From assembly GCA_963702095.1 (NCBI GenBank), contig OY969706.1:2656001-2720000 (forward strand): a DNA stretch of 64,000 bases, given 5' to 3'. Below are positions 1 through 9,261 of this stretch, in pieces. The DNA is from Candidatus Bathyarchaeota archaeon. Its GTDB lineage: Archaea; Thermoproteota; Bathyarchaeia; Bathyarchaeales; Bathycorpusculaceae. The notes below the pieces were generated by a model, which was not told the origin of the DNA, made no database searches, and saw only the letters and a program-made list of their open reading frames with translations. Both the position numbers and the translations under genes were made by a program. Numbering within the stretch: position 1 is the stretch's first letter; every line of letters starts with the position of its first letter.

Positions 1-193
1 TTTAGGAATGGGGCAGATTGGTGAATTTGCGTTTATCGTGGCTAAATCCGGCCAAGACATAGGCGTAACCAGCAGTTTCCTCTTACCCATAATAGGCGTC
101 GCCACCATAATTACCGCGTTTATAACTCCTTATCTCATTAAATTCTCGTTTAAGTGGCATTCAAACCCGCAGATAGAGAGGCCGTTACGGTGA
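1..193 (+). CDS. Cation:proton antiporter (CPA2/Kef type), C-terminal part; 5' end outside window
   Basis: LGMGQIGEFAFIVA motif followed by a final TM helix (IITAFITPY). Confidence 0.8.
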   Translation, partial: LGMGQIGEFAFIVAKSGQDIGVTSSFLLPIIGVATIITAFITPYLIKFSFKWHSNPQIERPLR

Positions 194-238
194 CATTTGA
201 AACGAATCGCTCGGCAAAACATTCCATAAGGTGCATCA

Positions 239-1423
239 ATGTATAATTCCCTTGAAGTTCTCGGACCCGAACACGAATACGCACTTGTAAACCAAGACCT
301 AAAGCCCCTGCCCATAAGCGACAAAATCATCAAGGACTACTGCGGCAGAATCATCAACTTCATCGAGCTCCCCGACTTCACTTTTGGCAAAGAGCTACAA
401 CTGCATGTCATGGAAATCAAAGCCAATCACCCCTTCAAGGGTCCAGTGGAGTTCGAGGCAACCATGCACAAAGCCGCATCCACACTAAACCAAATAGTGG
501 AAAAACACGGCGCCAAACTTCTCGGCACAGGCATGCATCCATTCCTCAAATTCCAAGACACCGCCGTCTGGCCACATTACCACCGAAAAATCTACAGTGA
601 ATACGGCAAAATCTTCAACTTCCAACAGCATGGTTGGCTCAACATCCAGAGCTTCCACCTCAACTTGCCCTACCAAAAAGAAGCCGACGCCACCCAAATC
701 CACAACCAACTCGCCAACCTCTGCACCTATCTCCCAGCCATAACCGCTTCCTCCCCCATCTTTGAAAGCAAAATCGGCCCAGACATAGACAACCGCCTCC
801 AATTCTACAAGGTAAACCAGAAAGAAGTACCATCCATAGCGGGCGATGTCATTCCCGAATATGTTTCTTCTCTTGAAGAGTACAAGCACGATGTCATCGA
901 ACGGTACTCTAAGGGTTTAGCTGATGCTGGTGCTGACAAAACATTGCTTAACCGTGAATGGGTTAACTCGAGGGGCATAATTTTCCGTTTCGACCGCTGC
1001 GCCTTGGAAGTACGAGTGATGGATGAGCAGGAATGCGTCAAAATGGATGTGGCACTCTCCTGCTTTATCCGTGCCGCCCTCAGAGGCTTAATCGCCGTGG
1101 ATGCTGAACTTTTGCCCCATCCAGTTCTCGTCAAAGACTTCAACGCCGTCGTCAAAGACGGGTTAAACGCCTTGGTCTCAAGTCCCAATGGCAAAACTGC
1201 TCGCCAGATCTGCATGCACTACCTCAAATTAGCAGAGGAAAACGCGGATGTGGAAGAGAAAAAGTATCTCCCATTTGTGCAGCGCCGAATTGAAGGCGGC
1301 AACCTCTCGGAACTCATACGAGGCAGGGTTTTGCGGCGTGCAGAAAAGACTTGTTTCCAAGAGGCAATCGTCGATGTGTATTCAACACTTATTAATTGCC
1401 TAGGCAATAATGAACCGTTTTGA
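239..1423 (+). CDS. Glutamate--cysteine ligase family 2 (GCS2) carboxylate-amine ligase
   Basis: GPEHEY, ELQLHVMEIK, GTGMHP, SFHLN, ASSPI and EVRVMD motifs. Confidence 0.85.
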   Translation: MYNSLEVLGPEHEYALVNQDLKPLPISDKIIKDYCGRIINFIELPDFTFGKELQLHVMEIKANHPFKGPVEFEATMHKAASTLNQIVEKHGAKLLGTGMHPFLKFQDTAVWPHYHRKIYSEYGKIFNFQQHGWLNIQSFHLNLPYQKEADATQIHNQLANLCTYLPAITASSPIFESKIGPDIDNRLQFYKVNQKEVPSIAGDVIPEYVSSLEEYKHDVIERYSKGLADAGADKTLLNREWVNSRGIIFRFDRCALEVRVMDEQECVKMDVALSCFIRAALRGLIAVDAELLPHPVLVKDFNAVVKDGLNALVSSPNGKTARQICMHYLKLAEENADVEEKKYLPFVQRRIEGGNLSELIRGRVLRRAEKTCFQEAIVDVYSTLINCLGNNEPF

Positions 1424-1976
1424 GGTGCAACCTATGCCAGAAGATGACAATGGCGTAACCTACAGCTTTGACGTTTGCAGTAACTGCAAATCCATTTGCT
1501 GCCAAGACGCAAAGCCCCCATTAACAGGCAACCGCAAAAAAATCCTCCAAGACTACATGAAAAAACATAAAGTAAACATAAGCGACCCCTTCGTTGAAGC
1601 AGAATACTCCTACCCAGCCGTGGATGAGGACGTTTACTGCAGGTTATTTAACAAGAAAACAGGCAAATGCATGGTGCACCCAGTGAAACCTGAAACCTGT
1701 GTTGCTGGACCCATAACTTTCGACATCAACTTTATCACTGGAAAAGTAGGGTTCTACCTCAAAAAAGAAGAAATCTGCGCCTACGCAGGCCTATTGTTCA
1801 AGGATAAGCCAGCACTGAAGCAGCATTTCGAAGTGGCGAGAAAACAAATCCTCGACTTAATCGAGCAGTTGTCTGCGGATGAGTTGCGGGCGATTATGAA
1901 AGTCGATGAACCGCAAACCTTCAAGTTCTGCGAAGAACCGCTCTCGTCGCAGGTAATGAAAAAGCTGGATTTATAG
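1410..1976 (+). CDS. YkgJ-family Cys-cluster (Zn/Fe-chelating) protein
   Basis: CxxCxxxCC, C-x9-C-x-VHPVKPETC pattern; real start may be ATG 1434. Confidence 0.8.
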   Translation: MNRFEVQPMPEDDNGVTYSFDVCSNCKSICCQDAKPPLTGNRKKILQDYMKKHKVNISDPFVEAEYSYPAVDEDVYCRLFNKKTGKCMVHPVKPETCVAGPITFDINFITGKVGFYLKKEEICAYAGLLFKDKPALKQHFEVARKQILDLIEQLSADELRAIMKVDEPQTFKFCEEPLSSQVMKKLDL

Positions 1977-2306
1977 GAAGCCAGCTTCTCGAAGTTTCAA
2001 CGCAACTGCAATGTTGCCTTTGAACTGGACTCTCCCAGTGAAGAAGGCTTTTTCAGCACTTAATTTGCCGTTAACCAAATCCAAAAAATCCACTAATCCC
2101 ATCTTGAGCGTCAGGTTAGCGTCAGGGTTGGTGCCTTCGGCGACCTGCATTTTTTTGTCTTTAACAGTGACTATCCAGCTGCCTCCTTCGGGACCCGAAA
2201 CGTTGAGCTGTACGATTACGTCTACGCCTTCGGCTTTTTCAGGTTTGAACCTTGCAGGCAGGATTTTATCGAAGAATTCTTGGGGGGTTTGTGCTTGTGT
2301 CTCCAT
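1971..2306 (-). CDS. SCP2 sterol/lipid-binding domain protein
   Basis: GPEGGSW...GKLSAEKAFFTGRVQFKGN..A.KL SCP2 signature. Confidence 0.85.
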   Translation of the reverse strand: METQAQTPQEFFDKILPARFKPEKAEGVDVIVQLNVSGPEGGSWIVTVKDKKMQVAEGTNPDANLTLKMGLVDFLDLVNGKLSAEKAFFTGRVQFKGNIAVALKLREAGFL

Positions 2307-2353
2307 TCTTTCAACTCAATATCCACTATGTAGGCAAAGAGAAGTTTTTGAAC

Positions 2354-3112
2354 TTACCTGAAAAGATCCCTCTCTTTAGCTCTAGTCAGCGGTGTCGCCG
2401 CGGCGTTTCCGTCAGATTTGTAGTTGTAACCCCGCACAATCGCCGCTGGAATGCCCTCGTCTGCTTGCCCAATCACCAACTCTGCTGCAGACGCCAATTC
2501 ATCGGCAACCGCCGTCTGCTTAATCCGCAGCACATAGCCGAAGAGGTCTTTTTCGCCCCGCCGATCCCGAATAGGCTTAAACCCCGCAACTCCCACTGCT
2601 ATGTTGATTTCGCCGTTGCGGAAGGGTCTGCCATGAGTATCAGAAACGATAACTGCCACGTCTGCACCTGAGAACTGCTTGATTTCTGCTCTTATGCATT
2701 CGGCAGAGGCATTTGGGTTTTTGGGCAATGGTACGACATTGCGGTCGCCTGAAACGTTTGAGCGGTCGACGCCGGCGTTGGCGCAGATGATGCCGCTGTT
2801 GGTTTCGGTGATGATGCTGTTTTGCCCGATGCGCACGATTTCTTTGGTTTCTCGGAGGATAACTTCGACTAGTGCTGGGTCTTTGTTGGTTTGCTTGGCT
2901 ATTTCAAGTGCTTTCTCTGAGGGGTTTATAGTGTCAAGGTTTAGTACGTTGCCCTCTGATTTAGAAACCACCACATGCGTAACCACGACAACGTCATGCG
3001 ACTGGATGGGGGTGCCCTGTTTTTCAGCTGCATCCACAATTAATTTGCCAAGATTGTCGCTTGCGTTTATCAGCGGCAAGCCTTCAACGGGGATTACTTG
3101 AATAATGTTCGT
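2354..3112 (-). CDS. cofE: Coenzyme F420-0:L-glutamate ligase
   Basis: VSKSEG, ICANAGVDRSN, SDTHGRPFR and DELASAAEL motifs; the frame extends upstream of the called TTG through IQVIPVEGLP to an ACG at 3112. Confidence 0.92.
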   Translation of the reverse strand, partial: TNIIQVIPVEGLPLINASDNLGKLIVDAAEKQGTPIQSHDVVVVTHVVVSKSEGNVLNLDTINPSEKALEIAKQTNKDPALVEVILRETKEIVRIGQNSIITETNSGIICANAGVDRSNVSGDRNVVPLPKNPNASAECIRAEIKQFSGADVAVIVSDTHGRPFRNGEINIAVGVAGFKPIRDRRGEKDLFGYVLRIKQTAVADELASAAELVIGQADEGIPAAIVRGYNYKSDGNAAATPLTRAKERDLFR

Positions 3113-3229
3113 GGTTATGTCTCCTAATCAGAAATGCGTCACTGTCCCGAACTTAAATGTTATCTTACAGTTTCCTCTGCAAATGGGAATTTTCTTATTA
3201 ACATGAGTCTACAATAACCCCTAAGAAGG

Positions 3230-3940
3230 ATGAACCGATTGGGTTTAAGCGCAATTAGGCGTCGCTTATACGTTAAGACGCTAATACCCCTTGTTTTGCT
3301 GGTTAGTTTACTGTTAGGTTTTTTCTTTGGCTTGCCATTCATCCTCAACACCCCGACCCCCATTCGCGTGGTTGAAAGCGGCAGCATGTGTGTCCAATAT
3401 GATGGCGCCTGTGATGGTTGGCTCTCACTCACCCACCCCTTTGCTCCAACTCTGCATAAGGGCGACATAATAATCGTTCAAGGCGTCGACCCCAAAGACC
3501 TCAACACAAACTACCCCAACAGCGACATAATTGTCTATAAAAAACCAACCGCCCCCACAGATACTCCCGTTGTACACCGCATCGTGACAAGCTATGAAGC
3601 AAACCACATTCTATACTTCCAAACTAAAGGCGACGGCAACGGTACACCATGGCCTGCACCCGTTAACTCAAACGAGTATGATTCTAACAGTGGAATCATA
3701 TTGACTGGCGGTGAAGGAGTGCCAGCAGACCTTGTGGAGGGTCGAGTTGTTATGCGGATTCCTTGTTTTGGGTGGCTTACGCTCATTTTAAGAGGCACCT
3801 CTTGGGTGCTTCCAGTTATCATTGGATTTATCCTTCTGCTACTGATGTTAGAGTTTGTTCTTCCCCAAATCAGGCGTAAACCAAAACCTGCCGCTGAACC
3901 AAACTTGAAGATTGAGGATAACCAAAAAGAGATAAATTGA
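3230..3940 (+). CDS. Signal peptidase I (S26B/Sec11 type)
   Basis: TM then VVESGSM (catalytic Ser), GDII, VHRI and TKGDGN; C-terminal TM. Confidence 0.88.
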   Translation: MNRLGLSAIRRRLYVKTLIPLVLLVSLLLGFFFGLPFILNTPTPIRVVESGSMCVQYDGACDGWLSLTHPFAPTLHKGDIIIVQGVDPKDLNTNYPNSDIIVYKKPTAPTDTPVVHRIVTSYEANHILYFQTKGDGNGTPWPAPVNSNEYDSNSGIILTGGEGVPADLVEGRVVMRIPCFGWLTLILRGTSWVLPVIIGFILLLLMLEFVLPQIRRKPKPAAEPNLKIEDNQKEIN

Positions 3941-3948
3941 AATGGGAG

Positions 3949-3965
3949 GAGACCGCAAAGGTCTC
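3949..3965. terminator. Short hairpin between convergent genes
   Basis: GAGACC-GCAAA-GGTCTC perfect 6-bp stem. Confidence 0.3.
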
Positions 3966-3975
3966 GATAGGTAAC

Positions 3976-4704
3976 TTATTTTGTTCGGAACTTTTGGAGT
4001 TTCTGCAACATCAACTTGTCGCCTTCAGCGTCACCAGCACATGTGGCGATGATGCCGTCGACTAACCCGACACATTTAGCTGCTTTCTCCTCAACAGTTT
4101 CCATAGTGGCAGTTACTGGCCAACCGATAATTTTCACGATTTCCTTGTTCTTCTCGGTTCCGACGAGGAAGTATGCGAAGAGTGGTTTGTTGAGTTTCTT
4201 ACATTCAGCTGAAACTGCTTTGAGGTGATCGAATGATTCGTCGTTTAGCCTCATGAAGTATACGAAGTCCCATGGCTGGCGGACACGGTCTAGTGTGGCT
4301 TCGATTGATTGTCTTGCTGTGAGTAAGCAGCCGAGTTTTAGGTTCTTGGTTTTTACATCGGTGCGTATGAAGTCGCGTGCAGCTTCTGACGAAGGCAGCA
4401 TCTTGATGGCTTCACCATAGTGTGGCTTGTCACCCATGGTTACTGCTAAGCCGTCTAATCCAACAATGTCGGATGCTAAGGCTAAGCCTCCGACTTCAAC
4501 TGGACCTTTGTAGTGTAGGATGAAGATTGGGCAGACATATTTGTCTGGGTACTTGTTTTTGAGTAGGCAGCTGACGACGACGCCGCTGGGCGCTGGGAAT
4601 CCTGCTGCGCTGTCAGTTACGTTCCATCCGTCTACTAGGTCTTTGAGTTCTTCTGCTAGCTTGAAGAATTTACGTGTAGGCACAAACTCGTTTAGTATTT
4701 TCAT
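3976..4704 (-). CDS. Methylenetetrahydrofolate reductase (MetF)-like flavin TIM-barrel protein, short archaeal type
   Basis: E.VP...VDGWNVTDS.AG.P N-terminus and LAVTMGD motif. Confidence 0.6.
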   Translation of the reverse strand: MKILNEFVPTRKFFKLAEELKDLVDGWNVTDSAAGFPAPSGVVVSCLLKNKYPDKYVCPIFILHYKGPVEVGGLALASDIVGLDGLAVTMGDKPHYGEAIKMLPSSEAARDFIRTDVKTKNLKLGCLLTARQSIEATLDRVRQPWDFVYFMRLNDESFDHLKAVSAECKKLNKPLFAYFLVGTEKNKEIVKIIGWPVTATMETVEEKAAKCVGLVDGIIATCAGDAEGDKLMLQKLQKFRTK

Positions 4705-4823
4705 GGAGATTTCATCTCAGCTAAAAAGGGGAGGCTTGCTATGTAAAAAATCTTTTGCATACACAAGGCTCATTGTTCCCGTTTGGCGCTTGTGTGCAGC
4801 ATAGTCCACAAAACTGGCTAAAA

Positions 4824-5645
4824 TCAGCGTTTCTTTAATTCAGCCAAGCCTTTTTCGGCTCTTTCACGCTTAAACCGAGATAAACGTGCCACTTCTGCCG
4901 CGTCTGCAGCTTCCCTAGTGCAATCCAGCCCTTCAACAAGCTTTTGTCCAACCGCTGAACGCACAATCACCGTCGAATAACCGGGTTTACTGCCAACTGA
5001 ACCCACAGAAACATCAGCATACCGAGAAGTAAAATCGTCACAGAAGGCACATGCCCTCTCAGCGGCACAACTGAGGTCTTTAACCCTGCAACTGACCATC
5101 CCGTCCCCTGTTTTTGCCGTAAACTTGCCCCCCTGCACCTGAGTCTTGCCCACCCTATCCAAATCGACCCCCAAGCGAGCCTGCATCTGCTCTTTGAGTT
5201 TTTGGTAGTTGAATGCTTCAAAACAGAACAACCCGATCACGGTGATTTCGCAGTCTTCGCCGTTGGTCTGCTGGATCCTTCTTGCCACCTTTGCCTCGCA
5301 GGGGATACAAACCACTGCTATGTGCTTCTTTCCCTGCGCTATTAGTTCCCTCAGTTTAGCTGTAACGTTGATTTTGAGGTAGGTTGTGCCTTTTGCCGCC
5401 AAAACATCCTCGGCACTCTGTGCCACCACAGCTTCGGCGCTGTAGCCGTCCATTCGGCGGACAACGATGGCTGCATCAAAGAGACCCTCACAGAAGCCTT
5501 TTAGCAGCAACGCGGTGACTACGCCGCCGTCCTGTCCCTCGACCTTGGTTTTGGCTGAAAACAGGTTGCAGTAAACACCCAAATCTTCTCCTCTGGTGCC
5601 GCTTTGCACTTTTTGTTCATTATTTCCATCTTTGTCGGATGACAT
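4824..5645 (-). CDS. Coenzyme F420 hydrogenase/dehydrogenase beta subunit (FrhB/FdhB family), stand-alone
   Basis: GQDGGVVTALL, IPCE, IGLFC, CxxCxD and DVSVGSVGS...STVIVRS. Confidence 0.88.
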   Translation of the reverse strand: MSSDKDGNNEQKVQSGTRGEDLGVYCNLFSAKTKVEGQDGGVVTALLLKGFCEGLFDAAIVVRRMDGYSAEAVVAQSAEDVLAAKGTTYLKINVTAKLRELIAQGKKHIAVVCIPCEAKVARRIQQTNGEDCEITVIGLFCFEAFNYQKLKEQMQARLGVDLDRVGKTQVQGGKFTAKTGDGMVSCRVKDLSCAAERACAFCDDFTSRYADVSVGSVGSKPGYSTVIVRSAVGQKLVEGLDCTREAADAAEVARLSRFKRERAEKGLAELKKR

Positions 5646-5742
5646 TCTTGGGTTTACCTGCTTTTTCGTTAAGGAAACCTTTGTTTTGCAGCAAATAAAG
5701 CTTTAAGCCCAAACCTGCAACATGTTGCTACTGCGGCTAAAC

Positions 5743-6231
5743 ATGGCTACTAATTCGGCAGATAAGTCCAAAATCACCTACATCCACGGCGGCCAAAACC
5801 TGCTTGACCAAGTCAGGGCTATGTGGGAAGAACTCAACCGCTACCACTGCGAATGCTCCACGCATTTTAGGGAGCACTATTTGGGCATGACTTGGCAGAA
5901 ACGCAAGTATACCCTAAAAAAGCACGCTTTGGACGGTGTGTTGAGTGTTGAAATAGCTTTGGATGGATCGACAGGGCAGAAGGTTGGCTACGTTATCAGC
6001 ACTGTAAATAAAGATGGAACGGGAGAGGTTGAATCCATCTACGTTGATGCAACGTACAGGGGATTGGGCATCGGCGACCAACTCATGCACAAAACGCTGG
6101 AGTGGATGGATCAAAACGGCGCCACTGCCAAGCAGGTGGAGGTCAGCGTCGGCAACGAGGTGGCATGGGGATTCTATGGGCGCTACGGCTTTTTGCCACG
6201 AAAAACCCTGCTAAAACAATTAAAAAGATAA
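5743..6231 (+). CDS. GNAT-family N-acetyltransferase
   Basis: IYVDATYRGLGIG acetyl-CoA motif; N..A..FY.RYGF. Confidence 0.85.
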   Translation: MATNSADKSKITYIHGGQNLLDQVRAMWEELNRYHCECSTHFREHYLGMTWQKRKYTLKKHALDGVLSVEIALDGSTGQKVGYVISTVNKDGTGEVESIYVDATYRGLGIGDQLMHKTLEWMDQNGATAKQVEVSVGNEVAWGFYGRYGFLPRKTLLKQLKR

Positions 6232-6267
6232 TTTAGTTACTAAGCCCGAGGGCCCGTCCTCTATTTA

Positions 6268-6445
6268 TTGGGAGATCAAAATCTGGGGCTTTTTGTTTTC
6301 TATTTTAAGAAGAAGAGAATGGCGCCCTTGCTCATCATCTTCCAGCGGGCTTGGAGGGCGATTGCTTTTTATGTTCTATATTCGGAATGGCTTGCAGACT
6401 GGTTGTGGTGGTTTCCACAGGCAGAACCCCACAGTTGTTTTGAGT
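6268..6445 (+). repeat. Dispersed intergenic repeat, copy A
   Basis: GATCAAAA...CCCTTGCTCATCATCTTCCAGCGGG...TTGCTTTTT...GACTGGTTGTGG, alignable by eye with copies at 20.3, 32.4 and 56.1 kb. Confidence 0.75.
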
Positions 6446-6543
6446 TTTTCACAATTCAATCGAATACCAAAGGGTTTCTAAATAAATCCAAGGAAACGTA
6501 AATTAATTCGGTGAACGCATGTTTTTGGTAGTTTGTGATTGTT

Positions 6544-7323
6544 ATGAAGATAGCTGTTGCTGGTAAAGGAGGCGTCGGCAAAACCCTTATTGCAGGCGGT
6601 TTAGCCCGAGGCTTCGCCGAAAGGAAATTAAAAACCATCGCCATTGACGCGGATTCCTCCCCCAACCTAGGTTTAACTTTAGGCTTGTCTGCAGAGGAAA
6701 CACGCAAAATAGTCCCGATTTCAGACAACCAGCCCCTTGTCGAATCCAAAACTAGCACGGGCTACTCAGGCGTTTATAACCTGAATTTCAGCGTAGACGA
6801 TATCGTCAAAAAATATTCGGTGCCTACACCGTTAGGTGTGAACTTGATTGTTATGGGTACTGTGCATTCGATGGGAGCCGGTTGCATGTGTGCGCCTACA
6901 GCTGTCATTCGCGCATTGCTCCGTTACCTAGTTGTGGAAACAAATGAAGCCATCGTATTGGACCTTGAAGCCGGCGTGGAACACATAGGCAGAGGCACCG
7001 CAAGGCAAGTGGATGCATTGCTTATAGTGGCTGATTCTAACATGAAGTCACTGGAAATCGCCAAACACATTCACGACATGGCATCCGCCGCCGGCATGAA
7101 AAATCTCCATTTAATCGGCAACCGAGTGATGAACGACGCCCAAAAAGAAGCCATCCAAACCTTCGCAGACCAAAACGGCATACACGTGCTTGCTTATGTG
7201 CCCTGGGACCAGAAAGTCATCGAATCCGACATGCTAGGCGTCACCCCGCTCAAAAACAAAGACATCGAAGCAGTGAAAGCCATCGATGCTATCTGTGGGC
7301 TTTTGCTAAACAAAAAAGCCTAA
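6544..7323 (+). CDS. cooC: CO dehydrogenase nickel-insertion ATPase
   Basis: GKGGVGKT, DAD..PNL, GCMC Ni-binding motif and DLEAGVEH.GRGT. Confidence 0.88.
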   Translation: MKIAVAGKGGVGKTLIAGGLARGFAERKLKTIAIDADSSPNLGLTLGLSAEETRKIVPISDNQPLVESKTSTGYSGVYNLNFSVDDIVKKYSVPTPLGVNLIVMGTVHSMGAGCMCAPTAVIRALLRYLVVETNEAIVLDLEAGVEHIGRGTARQVDALLIVADSNMKSLEIAKHIHDMASAAGMKNLHLIGNRVMNDAQKEAIQTFADQNGIHVLAYVPWDQKVIESDMLGVTPLKNKDIEAVKAIDAICGLLLNKKA

Positions 7324-7419
7324 CTTTATTTTACCCTTAACTGAGGGGGGTTTCTGTGCCTGTGGAGCTGGCAGGCTCCAAAATTTAAGGCAAAAAAGAT
7401 TACATTCTATTGATGATTT

Positions 7420-8742
7420 ATGAGTAATATTAAAAAGTACGAGCATAAACGCTCGTCGGTACATTTTGATGTAGCTGAGTTTGGCACAGTAGGCAACGGC
7501 GTTGCAGACGACACCAAAGCCATCAATGAAGCCATATTGGCGGCGGAAGCTTCAGGAGGCGGCATAGTCATTTTCCCCAAAGGCACATTCAAATGCATGG
7601 CGGTACGCCCAAAAAGCGCGGTTACCTTGCAGGGGCAAGGCTGGGGAGAATCCATCCTAAAAGGCTTCGACGATAAAAGCGACAATGGACTCATAGATGG
7701 CACAGGCTACTTTTCAGAGGCTTCCCCCCTCACCGAATTCAACATGTACGACTTAGAGTTGGACGGCAGAGACATGAACCGAAACGGCTACCATTATAAC
7801 CGAAAAGGAATCGGCAACCAATGGATAAGAAACTCTATTTTCCACAACATCTTTGTCCATGACACACCAGCAACCGGCATAGGCACAGACTTCACAATCA
7901 ACGTTTACTTCTCTAGTTGCTTAGTAAAGGACTGTGGAACACAGGGCAGAGTTGGCAACGGCATAGGCAGTAACGGTTTCGGTATCGGCGTCGGAGACGT
8001 GACGGAAGTTGTGGTTTTCTCGGGGTGCCAAGCCATAGGCATAGCTAACAACGGTTTCACTTTGGAAGCGCAGGTAACACAGGGTGTAGGTTACGCTTCG
8101 ATTACTGACTGCTACACTGAACGCTGCCAAAATTCTGGGTATTCAAACTCGGGGTCGCGGGGAGTAACAATCGATGGCTGCGCCGACAACGGCAGCAAAT
8201 TCGGCGTGTACGTCAGCACCAACGCGTCTAAACCCGGAGACCAAACCATAGTCAGCGACTGCAACTTCGTAAAACAGCAAAGCCACGGCGTATACTCCGA
8301 TGACCCAGCCAACAATCACCTGCAAATCAAAGGCTGCCTCTTCGAAGGCTGCGGCGGCTCAGCAATCAAAAGCTTCGGCAGCTACTGCAGCTTCACCAAC
8401 AACACATTCAGAGGCTGCAAAGAAACCACAATCCTATGCCAACCAGGCACAAACGCAGTTGGTAAAGCCTATCTGATTGCGGATAACCTTATCTTAAACG
8501 GCGGCGCAGCAGGCGTCGAAGTTGACTCCACTAATCATGAGATTGTTGGGTTGATAATTAAGGGCAATATAATTTTGGACTGTAAAGGCATAGGAATAAG
8601 GGCAATATGTAGAGGCGACACTGAAAGCGGCAACTATACGGCTTCAATTATAGAGGGCAATGTATGTAACGGTAATTCTGTCCCCCAAGTGGATGTGCCC
8701 AATGCATGCCGCGGCTTAGTTTCGAGAAATAACGTTGAATAG
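7420..8742 (+). CDS. Right-handed parallel beta-helix protein (pectate lyase 3/GH28-like N-terminus)
   Basis: V.EFG.VGNGVADDT.AI..AI...GGGIV.FPKG; repeated I..N/C coils; no signal peptide. Confidence 0.75.
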   Translation: MSNIKKYEHKRSSVHFDVAEFGTVGNGVADDTKAINEAILAAEASGGGIVIFPKGTFKCMAVRPKSAVTLQGQGWGESILKGFDDKSDNGLIDGTGYFSEASPLTEFNMYDLELDGRDMNRNGYHYNRKGIGNQWIRNSIFHNIFVHDTPATGIGTDFTINVYFSSCLVKDCGTQGRVGNGIGSNGFGIGVGDVTEVVVFSGCQAIGIANNGFTLEAQVTQGVGYASITDCYTERCQNSGYSNSGSRGVTIDGCADNGSKFGVYVSTNASKPGDQTIVSDCNFVKQQSHGVYSDDPANNHLQIKGCLFEGCGGSAIKSFGSYCSFTNNTFRGCKETTILCQPGTNAVGKAYLIADNLILNGGAAGVEVDSTNHEIVGLIIKGNIILDCKGIGIRAICRGDTESGNYTASIIEGNVCNGNSVPQVDVPNACRGLVSRNNVE

Positions 8743-8776
8743 AACAGTTGCGAAAGGTGTTCTGCGCTGTTATACT

Positions 8777-9163
8777 TTATAGGAGAGTGACTTTTACTTC
8801 TGAAACCTGCCTGTTTGCCCGAAGCGTGTTGATGAATGTTTTCATGGTTTGTGCGTCGGCTTTGGCTACTATGACTTCTATGCAGTAGCCTTCTTCGATA
8901 TGGGTGTGGAGAAAGGTTAGGACTATGTTGTTGACGTGGTGTTGGCTGTCGCTTATTTGTCCTGTGCGGGCGCCTTTATGGTAAATTATCGTTATAGTAG
9001 CGGTTACTGTTCCTCTGAGTTCGTCTAGGCGTTTGGCTTCGGATAGGTATGCTCTTAGGGCTTGGCGTACTACTTCGGAGCGGTTGGCGTAGCCTTGTTC
9101 TTTTATGTAGTTGTCGATTTTTTCTAGGAGGGGTTTTGGGATGGAGAGGCTGATTATGCTCAT
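8777..9163 (-). CDS. NikR-family ribbon-helix-helix metal-responsive regulator
   Basis: IISLSIP..LL..ID......GYANRSE.VR; QH...H.H.....C.EV metal site. Confidence 0.85.
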   Translation of the reverse strand: MSIISLSIPKPLLEKIDNYIKEQGYANRSEVVRQALRAYLSEAKRLDELRGTVTATITIIYHKGARTGQISDSQHHVNNIVLTFLHTHIEEGYCIEVIVAKADAQTMKTFINTLRANRQVSEVKVTLL

Positions 9164-9204
9164 GGCTGGTCTTATTAATTTTAAGTCTTATTCTATATAA
9201 GTTT

Positions 9205-9233
9205 TTATTAACAAAATAACAAGTTTTTAATAA
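9205..9233. promoter_or_regulatory. Putative NikR-like operator
   Basis: TTATTAA-N15-TTAATAA palindrome in the divergent promoter, just after TATATAA. Confidence 0.45.
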
Positions 9234-9261
9234 GTGCAGTTCGCCATAAACTTGAAAGAAC

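Noticed and set aside
485-1215. Numerous antisense ORFs of 60-180 aa opposite well-supported genes throughout the window
   Set aside because: No recognisable motifs; explained by codon bias of the sense gene.
6268-6501. Short ORFs over repeat copies (also 20169, 24189, 24231, 32378, 33047, 53175, 55935)
   Set aside because: They lie on the dispersed repeat or tRNA, with inconsistent frames and starts; not called as genes.
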